DNA of 64,000 bases, taken from Candidatus Micrarchaeota archaeon. Its GTDB lineage: Archaea > Iainarchaeota > Iainarchaeia > Iainarchaeales > JAGVWC01. The notes beneath the pieces were generated by a model. It did not search any database. It had not been told where the DNA came from and saw only the letters and a list, made by a program, of their open reading frames with translations. Position 1 is the first letter of the stretch, and each line of letters starts with the position of its first letter. The stretch lies in the NCBI GenBank assembly GCA_043803815.1, contig JAZDJR010000031.1, positions 613 to 64,612 on the forward strand, in the 5' to 3' direction. This document shows positions 57,934 through 64,000 of this stretch, piece after piece. Made by a program: the position numbers and the translations under genes.

Positions 57934-58128
57934 GCGATTACAACGCGTTTTTTTAATAATAAAGTTTGGATTGGCTTCAGCTCTGCAGAAATCCTTTGAA
58001 AATAACCAAAATTCGCATCAAAAAATTTTTAAATCGCCAATTATTCCAATTTTAAAATCTAGTTTTAAGGAGTTCTACCCGCCATTGGCACCGAAATTCT
58101 TATTTAGCCGCGTTTCCAACAACTATGC

Positions 58129-58605
58129 ATGCCAAAGCTTCGCATCGGAGTGTTCAGTTTTACCGCCGACGAGGGATGCGTCATCCAGTTTTTGGAAATC
58201 CTTAATTACAAGTTTTTCGACTGGATAGATAAAGTCGAATTCGTGAATTGCCGCGTTTTGCAGGCCAAAAACGAGATGGGTCCGTTTGACGTGGCGTTTA
58301 TCGAAGGCGCGATTGCCAATGTAAAGGAAGAGGAAAAGCTCAGAAAAATCCGCTCGGTTTCCAAAAAAGTGGTGGCCATCGGCTCGTGCGCGATTAACGG
58401 TTCGCCGTCGAATCACCGCAATTTTTTCGATGCCAAAACGCGGGAAGAAATTTTGCCGATTTTGCAGCGCTTTAATCACCGCGACCAAGTGGTTCCGATC
58501 GGCGATTTGATTTTGGTGGACAGCGAGGTTCCGGGATGCCCGATTATCGAAAAAAATTTTTTGGATATTATGGAAAAATACCTCAAGGAATTCGGGGTGG
58601 CGTAA
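58129..58605 (+). CDS. [NiFe]-hydrogenase small subunit, minimal form carrying only the proximal [4Fe-4S] cluster
   Basis: 158 aa. Cys ligands in ADEGCV, VNC, IGSCAING, VPGCPI. Confidence 0.75.
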   Translation: MPKLRIGVFSFTADEGCVIQFLEILNYKFFDWIDKVEFVNCRVLQAKNEMGPFDVAFIEGAIANVKEEEKLRKIRSVSKKVVAIGSCAINGSPSNHRNFFDAKTREEILPILQRFNHRDQVVPIGDLILVDSEVPGCPIIEKNFLDIMEKYLKEFGVA

Positions 58606-59907
58606 GTGGCTGCGATAAAGGATTTGGATATTACAATCGATCAGATTTCCAAAATAGAGGGCCATGCCGAAGTCGAAGTCAATATTCGCGGCGGCGAGGT
58701 AAAGGAAGTCAAGCTCAAAATTTCGGAAAACAAGCGGTTTTATACCCAGGCGATTCGCGGAAAATCGTTTGCGCAGATTCCGCAGCTGGTTTCGCGCATT
58801 TGCGGCACCTGTTCGGTTGCGCACCTGACCGGTGCAACCATCGCGATTGAAAACGCGCTGGGCGTGAAAATTTCGGACCAGACCCAAAAGTTGCGCGAAT
58901 TGTCCATGCACGGCCTGAATATCCGCGACCATGCCATGCATGCTTATTTTTTTTCCCTGCCGGGAGAGCTTGGAAAGGATTCCATTATGGAAATGGCAAG
59001 TTCGCATTCCGAATTGGTGCATGACGCGTTTTCGGTTAAAAGCGCGGGAAATTCGCTTTCCAAATTGGTGCTGGGGCGCGCGATTCACGGCTTGTTTTGC
59101 CAAATCGGATATTACACCCAATTGCCTTCCAAAGAAGATTGCCAAAAAATGGTTGCGGAATTAAAGCAGCAGCGCTCCAAAGTTATCCGGCTAATCGGCA
59201 TTTTTTCCAAAACAAAATTTTCGTTCGAGCGCGAAACGCATTTTGTCTCTTTGGTGGGCAATCGCTACGATTTTTTGTCCGGTGAAATCCATTCTTCGCA
59301 GGGATTATGCATTCCAAAGGAATTTTTTTTCCAGCATTTGAACCACGTCGTGATTCCGTATTCGCAGGCTTCCGGCTACGAATTGGAAGGTGAAAACTAC
59401 ATGACCGGCGCTTTGGCCCGGCTGAACCTGAACAAAAAAAACCTGCATCCGGATACGGTCCGCGACCTGTCCGAATACCTGAAATTGTTTCCGTCCAATA
59501 ATATTTTCCATAACAATCTCGCGCAAGCTATTGAAATTTTGCATTGCATCGATTCCGCAATCGAGATTCTGGAATCGACCGATTTTAAGCCCGAGCCAAA
59601 GCCCGCGGTTGTTCCCAAGGCGGCTGACGGCGTGAGCCTGATTGAAGCGCCGCGCGGCAACCTGTATTATTTAATCAGCATGCTCAAGGACGGGAAAATC
59701 CATTACGGCAATATCATTACTCCGTCCAGCCAAAACCAGGTGAACATGGAAAACGATTTGAAAACCCTGATTCCGCCGCTCTTGGACCAGCCCAAGGAAA
59801 AAATCGTTTTTGAAATGGAAAAATTAATCCGCGCGTACGACCCGTGCTTTTCCTGCGCCAGCCACTTTTTAAAAGTCAAATGGAACGGACAAAAACCGAA
59901 GGGATGA
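58606..59907 (+). CDS. [NiFe]-hydrogenase large subunit (group 1-3 type L1 and L2 motifs; probably group 3)
   Basis: L1 RICGTCSVAH. L2 DPCFSCASH, followed by a 13-aa C-terminal extension (FLKVKWNGQKPKG). GTG start abuts the small-subunit stop. Confidence 0.85.
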   Translation: MAAIKDLDITIDQISKIEGHAEVEVNIRGGEVKEVKLKISENKRFYTQAIRGKSFAQIPQLVSRICGTCSVAHLTGATIAIENALGVKISDQTQKLRELSMHGLNIRDHAMHAYFFSLPGELGKDSIMEMASSHSELVHDAFSVKSAGNSLSKLVLGRAIHGLFCQIGYYTQLPSKEDCQKMVAELKQQRSKVIRLIGIFSKTKFSFERETHFVSLVGNRYDFLSGEIHSSQGLCIPKEFFFQHLNHVVIPYSQASGYELEGENYMTGALARLNLNKKNLHPDTVRDLSEYLKLFPSNNIFHNNLAQAIEILHCIDSAIEILESTDFKPEPKPAVVPKAADGVSLIEAPRGNLYYLISMLKDGKIHYGNIITPSSQNQVNMENDLKTLIPPLLDQPKEKIVFEMEKLIRAYDPCFSCASHFLKVKWNGQKPKG

Positions 59908-59908
59908 C

Positions 59909-60556
59909 ATGAAACCAGCGTCCAAGCGTGTCACGGAATTGCCGAAAGGAAGGAAACGGGCGAGCGTTTTGGTGGGTGCGGGCAGGGGAACCCGCATTGA
60001 AGTATGGGAAAACGCGAACCAAAAAACCGCGGATGCGGCTCCTCTTTGGGAATCCAAATACGGCCCTGCCCCCGAACGACGGGGTTATGCCGACCGAAGG
60101 AAGCCTTGGTTGTCCACGCGGCGCAAGCCGCGCGAGATTTCCGAAAAGGATTTGAAGCGGGTACCCGAGTTAAGACTGATTGCAGAGCGGCTTCAACGGC
60201 AGTGTGAACGGGAGATTGCGCGTCAGTTGTCATTTCTTTCCAGAAAAAAGCGCAACCAACATGCGCGGATGCAAATCGTGGAACGAGGCCTTGTCCAGCG
60301 AAGCCACAAGCATTTTTTGGATTTGCACAACTCCGAGGAAATCGGCCGGTTGGTTCCTGACCCAAAAGAACCATCCAAAATAAACCGCGTGTATTGCTGG
60401 GTCGGGTATAAACCGGACGAATTCAAATGGAATCAAGGAAAGTTTTTCATTTTAACCACCCGCCGCGGGATTTCGGAATGGGGAAAAACAGGGACCGGCG
60501 AGCGGCGCAATTATTCCGGAAAAGTCGTGCAAGCGGTTCCCGAAAACGAACAATAA
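59909..60556 (+). CDS. Hypothetical basic protein, GC-rich and compositionally atypical, inserted in the hydrogenase cluster
   Basis: 215 aa, Arg/Lys-rich (MKPASKRVTELPKGRKRASV...). Frequent AGG/CGG codons, unlike neighbours. Confidence 0.4.
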   Translation: MKPASKRVTELPKGRKRASVLVGAGRGTRIEVWENANQKTADAAPLWESKYGPAPERRGYADRRKPWLSTRRKPREISEKDLKRVPELRLIAERLQRQCEREIARQLSFLSRKKRNQHARMQIVERGLVQRSHKHFLDLHNSEEIGRLVPDPKEPSKINRVYCWVGYKPDEFKWNQGKFFILTTRRGISEWGKTGTGERRNYSGKVVQAVPENEQ

Positions 60557-60560
60557 TTCC

Positions 60561-61436
60561 TCATTTTTTCGTTTCTTTGTATAGTTTCCACGCGCGAACC
60601 AGCCAAGTCGTTGTTTTTTTGGTTCGAACCAGTTCGTTTACTTTTTTTTCCGTGAAAAATTTGGCGCTTATGGATTCGGACGGGTCCAGCCGTATTTTCC
60701 CGTCGTGCACGGTCTTGAATACTGCGGCTACAAGGTGGTCGGGGTCCTGGTCCAAAACGAATTTTCCAACCATTTCCGGCTTGGCTTTTATTCCGGTTTC
60801 CTCGAACAGTTCGCGCTGGGCGGCTTTTTCGTAGGTTTCCCCGAACCGGACGTGAAAACTGCTGCTGCAGTCCAGTTTATTGGGAAAAATCTTTTTTTTG
60901 GGGCTGCGCTTGGTGACCAATAACCGGTTTTTGGAATCGAAAACTAGCACCGCGCCGGTGCGATGAAGGAGTTTTTTGGCGTGCGCCTCTTTTCGTTCGA
61001 TTTTTCCAAGCACCCGGTCTTTTGGGTCCACCCAATACAGGTATTCTTTTTCGTTTTCAAGCAATTGTTCAATCAGCGCCGCTGCTTCCTTGAGCGCTTT
61101 TTGTTTTGGGTATTGGCAGGGAATCCCGATAATCGTCGCTTTGCGGACCGCGCCGATTTTGTTCAGCAAAAGCAGGGTTTGGTACAGGTCAAAATCGTGC
61201 ATGCTTAAATTGCGCGACGCGCTTTCAAAGCGTTCCAAATCAGTGATGATTTCGCATTTTTTTAATCCCAAAACCGCGTCCAAAATGAACAGTTCTTTTC
61301 CTTCTTTTTCCAGGTCTTCGGCCGCGTCAAACTCCGCGAATTCGATTGCGGGAAACCTTTTGTTCAGTTCGGGCAAAATCCGCAGGCCGATCGAGTCTTT
61401 TTGCATGAGCGGGTTTCCGAAAACGAGTATTTTCAT
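60561..61436 (-). CDS. Hydrogenase maturation endopeptidase (HycI/HyaD-like) fused to a C-terminal NUDIX hydrolase domain
   Basis: N-terminus MKILVFGNPLMQKDSIGLRILPEL...ILDAV...IIGI typical of hydrogenase maturation proteases. C-terminal NUDIX box RFGETYEKAAQRELFEETGI. Confidence 0.65.
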   Translation of the reverse strand: MKILVFGNPLMQKDSIGLRILPELNKRFPAIEFAEFDAAEDLEKEGKELFILDAVLGLKKCEIITDLERFESASRNLSMHDFDLYQTLLLLNKIGAVRKATIIGIPCQYPKQKALKEAAALIEQLLENEKEYLYWVDPKDRVLGKIERKEAHAKKLLHRTGAVLVFDSKNRLLVTKRSPKKKIFPNKLDCSSSFHVRFGETYEKAAQRELFEETGIKAKPEMVGKFVLDQDPDHLVAAVFKTVHDGKIRLDPSESISAKFFTEKKVNELVRTKKTTTWLVRAWKLYKETKK

Positions 61437-61768
61437 AAGTTTTTATTGATGGCAATTTTGACTTTTTCAAATAATGTCGGGGTAATTTTTCCAATTTCTT
61501 TTAAGAGCATTTCTTTTTCCATGGTGGCGATTTTGTCGGTTCGAATAAAACTTTTGGTTTTGAATTCGCCGGAGAATTCGGCTGCGGGAACTTCTATTTC
61601 GAACTCGCTTGGCGTATTTTGGCTGGTAATTGGAACCACCCAAAAAAACCGGTTTGCACCGTTAAAGCGGTTGTTTGAAATAATAAGCGCGGGCCGGATT
61701 TTGTAGTCGATTTGGTTGGTGAACGGAAATCGCGCCAAAGCTACGCTTAATTGGTTTATAGCTGTCAC
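61433..61768 (-). CDS. mazF: MazF/PemK-family toxin (start reassigned to the GTG that overlaps the antitoxin stop)
   Basis: IRPALIISNNRFNGANRFFWVVPITS signature. GTGA stop-start overlap with the upstream RHH gene. Confidence 0.55.
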   Translation of the reverse strand: MTAINQLSVALARFPFTNQIDYKIRPALIISNNRFNGANRFFWVVPITSQNTPSEFEIEVPAAEFSGEFKTKSFIRTDKIATMEKEMLLKEIGKITPTLFEKVKIAINKNL

Positions 61769-61977
61769 AAGTATGTTTCCCAAATTTCGTCGGCGGGATT
61801 GTCCCAAACTTCTTGCAGGGCTTTTTGGGAGGCTATCGCAAGCGGAAAGTCTTTTTTCATTTTTTCGCGCAATAGCTCGCGAACCACTTCGCTTCGACTT
61901 TTGTAAAGGCCAATTTTGACTTTTTGATCCACCCATTTTTGCATTTGGGGTGTGACATCCGCGCTCAACGTCGCCAT
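61765..61977 (-). CDS. Ribbon-helix-helix (ParD/CopG-like) antitoxin
   Basis: 70 aa. KIGLYKSRSEVVRELLRE RHH signature. Confidence 0.55.
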   Translation of the reverse strand: MATLSADVTPQMQKWVDQKVKIGLYKSRSEVVRELLREKMKKDFPLAIASQKALQEVWDNPADEIWETYL

Positions 61978-62008
61978 GCATTATTTATAGCCGGCTATAT
62001 ATTTAAAA

Positions 62009-63007
62009 GTGTGTTTTTTCGTCACCCGTCGAGTGTATTGTGGTGACTTGCTTGGCAAAGCCTTTTTAGGTTCCTTGGAAGTGTTTAATGTGATGCAAAC
62101 CCAAACCAAAGGCCTTTGGCTTGTGCTTTTCACTGGTTTGGTGTCCGGCGTCTCGATTTTTTTGAACAAGTTCGCGGTAGCGGGTTTTGACCCGTTTTCT
62201 TTCGCGTTTTTGAAAAACGTGGTCGTCGCGGTTTTGTTGCTTGCGGTTTTGCTGTTCGTTTTCAGGAAAAACGCGTTTTCGGGTTTGACCAGAAAAAACT
62301 GGTTCCAATTGGCGGTGCTCGGTTTGGTCGGCGGAAGCGTCGCGTTTTTGGTTTATTTTTACGCGCTTACGCAAACTTCGGCGCTTAACGCGGGTTTTTT
62401 GCACAAAACACTTTTGTTTGTTTTTGCCGTTCCTTTGGGCGCCTTGTGGCTCAAGGAAAAACTGGACAAAACATTTTTAGCGGGCGCCGTCTTGCTGTTA
62501 ATCGGCAATTTTTTGGTGTTATCCAAGTTTGGCGGCTTTAATGCGGCCGACTTGTTAATCGTTGGCGCGGTTGCGTTGTGGGCAATTGAAAACGCGTACG
62601 CCAAAAAAGTGCTTTCGGAATTGTCCGGCCTGCAGGTTGCGTTCGGCCGCATGTTTTTCGGCGCTTTGTTTATTTTGGTTTTTTTGGCTGCGACCAATAA
62701 TGTTCCGAACGTTTTGGCTATGCCTGCCGTACAGTGGCAGTGGGTTGGCGTGACCGCGGGCTTATTGTTCCTGTTTGTCTTTTCGTATTATTCCGGCCTC
62801 AAATGGGTTCCGGTTTCCAAAGCCAATGCGCTGTTGTGCATCGGCCAAGTGGTGACCGTCTTGCTTTCCATTGTTTTTTTGGGCCGGACAATCGGCGCAC
62901 TTGAAGCCGCGGGCTTTTTGACTCTGCTGGCCGGAGTCGCGTTAGTCGGTTACAGCGTTTGGATTTATCCGCAACGCCAAAAAAGCGGCCTTGCGGCGTT
63001 GGCCTGA
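62009..63007 (+). CDS. EamA/DMT-superfamily transporter
   Basis: About 10 TM helices in two 5-TM repeats. Confidence 0.7.
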   Translation: MCFFVTRRVYCGDLLGKAFLGSLEVFNVMQTQTKGLWLVLFTGLVSGVSIFLNKFAVAGFDPFSFAFLKNVVVAVLLLAVLLFVFRKNAFSGLTRKNWFQLAVLGLVGGSVAFLVYFYALTQTSALNAGFLHKTLLFVFAVPLGALWLKEKLDKTFLAGAVLLLIGNFLVLSKFGGFNAADLLIVGAVALWAIENAYAKKVLSELSGLQVAFGRMFFGALFILVFLAATNNVPNVLAMPAVQWQWVGVTAGLLFLFVFSYYSGLKWVPVSKANALLCIGQVVTVLLSIVFLGRTIGALEAAGFLTLLAGVALVGYSVWIYPQRQKSGLAALA

Positions 63008-63851
63008 TGTTTTTGTTTTTATGAACGGAACCGAACTGATTGTGCGCCATTCTTTTGCACCGAACCGTTTGCGTTATTGCGGCCGAAGCGATTTAAGCGA
63101 TTTAGTTCCGCGATTTATTTCAGTGTCGTCGACAGAATTGCAAAACCGATTGCAAACCGAGTTATTGTCTTTTCGCGGGTTGTTTTCATATCTTTCTCTG
63201 ATTGCCCGCGAAAACGGCCTGAACCCGTTTGACGAAAAAGTCGGCGAAGCGTACTGGATTGGAAACGAGCTTTTGTCCAACGTATCGCATTCTTCTTTCC
63301 GCCAATTATTCGCGGAAAAGTTTTCGCAAGATGATTTTTTGGGAAAAGAACTCGCCTTGGATTTGGCGAAAAAAATTCCCATGGACTGCGTTTGCCACCA
63401 TTCCTTCCATGTTTTTTTCACGCATTTTATGACACAGGCGGTTCCGGTAACAATCAGAAACCTGGATTTGTGCCGCATTTCGTGGGGAAAGGTAATGGAA
63501 GCGGATGGAAAAAATCCGCATCAATTGCGGGTTGAATTCGAGCCCCTGGAGTTCGATGCCCAGAGCAAAAAGGTTTTTTTCGGAAAAAAACAGGAGAAAC
63601 TTATTGAAAAGCCGTTTGAGGATTCCGTTTTGGAGGGGGACTGGGTTTCGTTTCACTGGAACGTATATTGCATGAAGCTTTCGGAAAAGCAGAAAAACGA
63701 TTTGGAGTTTTTTACGAAAAAGAACCTGAACGCAATCAATTTGCAATCGCGAATCCATTTTTCTGCAGGAAATTCTGCATTAGCAAGCGAAAAATCATTG
63801 TCTGAGGATTGGTTGTCCAAAGAGGATGTAGAAGCGTGGAAAAAACTGTGA
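62991..63851 (+). CDS. Hypothetical protein
   Basis: 286 aa. His/Cys-containing central region (CVCHHSFHVFFTHF). Confidence 0.45.
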   Translation: MRRWPDVFVFMNGTELIVRHSFAPNRLRYCGRSDLSDLVPRFISVSSTELQNRLQTELLSFRGLFSYLSLIARENGLNPFDEKVGEAYWIGNELLSNVSHSSFRQLFAEKFSQDDFLGKELALDLAKKIPMDCVCHHSFHVFFTHFMTQAVPVTIRNLDLCRISWGKVMEADGKNPHQLRVEFEPLEFDAQSKKVFFGKKQEKLIEKPFEDSVLEGDWVSFHWNVYCMKLSEKQKNDLEFFTKKNLNAINLQSRIHFSAGNSALASEKSLSEDWLSKEDVEAWKKL

Positions 63852-63885
63852 AATGAATTATTTTTATTCTTTCAGCTGAGCGAAA

Positions 63886-63970
63886 ACCAACGGCTTTAGC
63901 CGTTGGATGAAGCTCTGTCTTTTTGTTTTTCAAAACTCATGGGTTTCCTAGCGGTTGTAGCCGCTAGGAG
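63886..63970 (+). other. Two perfect stem-loops (8-bp and 8-11-bp stems) separated by a T-tract, downstream of the last ORF. Candidate terminator or 5' end of an RNA gene.
   Basis: CCAACGGC-TTTA-GCCGTTGG at 63886..63905. TTTCCTAGCGG-TTGTAG-CCGCTAGGAGA at 63943..63970. Confidence 0.3.
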
Positions 63971-64000
63971 ACGTTACGCCATGAGTAATCAAGATAAACA

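Noticed and set aside
58123-59145. 340-aa minus-strand ORF spanning both hydrogenase subunit genes
   Set aside because: Antisense to genes bearing complete Ni-binding and Fe-S motifs. Gly/Arg/Phe-rich shadow.
1-64000. CRISPR arrays, rRNA and tRNA genes
   Set aside because: No regularly spaced direct repeats, no rRNA-like conserved stretches and no convincing tRNA cloverleaf (T-arm GGTTCGAATCC-like motifs) were seen on either strand. Candidates such as TTCGAATCC at 12094 and 49541 lie inside well-supported CDSs.
63943-64000. tRNA gene starting at GGGTTTCCTAGCGG
   Set aside because: A D-arm and anticodon-arm could not be folded consistently from the 58 nt available. Left as an unresolved hairpin at the window edge.

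Overview
Dense, mostly housekeeping archaeal chromosome segment with short intergenic spacers, frequent GTGA/TAATG stop-start overlaps, and about 47% GC; it is most likely from a small-genome (DPANN-like) archaeon. Informational and housekeeping genes recognised directly from the translations are: bacterial-type ThrRS, RFC small and large subunits, type IA topoisomerase, Orc1/Cdc6, PCNA, Cdc48, PheRS alpha and beta, archaeal LonB, RNase Z, a MiaB-like methylthiotransferase, a NOL1/NOP2/Sun RNA methyltransferase, endonuclease IV, Csl4, RpoL, signal peptidase and CorA. Accessory content stands out more. (1) A Tad/archaeal type IV pilus assembly locus at the window start whose VirB11/TadA-family ATPase carries a 460-aa intein with a LAGLIDADG homing endonuclease. 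(2) A separate cluster of six small proteins with class III (prepilin) signal peptides arranged as convergent operons. (3) At least five toxin-antitoxin modules or PIN genes: a VapBC pair, an AbrB-PIN pair, two solitary PIN genes and a ParD-MazF pair. (4) A standalone NFACT-R (DUF814) gene immediately upstream of cdc48. (5) A very basic tandem-repeat protein next to orc1/cdc6. (6) A minimal two-subunit group 3-like [NiFe] hydrogenase with a HycI-type maturation protease fused to a NUDIX domain, plus a compositionally foreign ORF inserted into that cluster. No rRNA, tRNA or CRISPR array was recognised. All functional calls rest on motifs read from the ORF translations; no database search was run.
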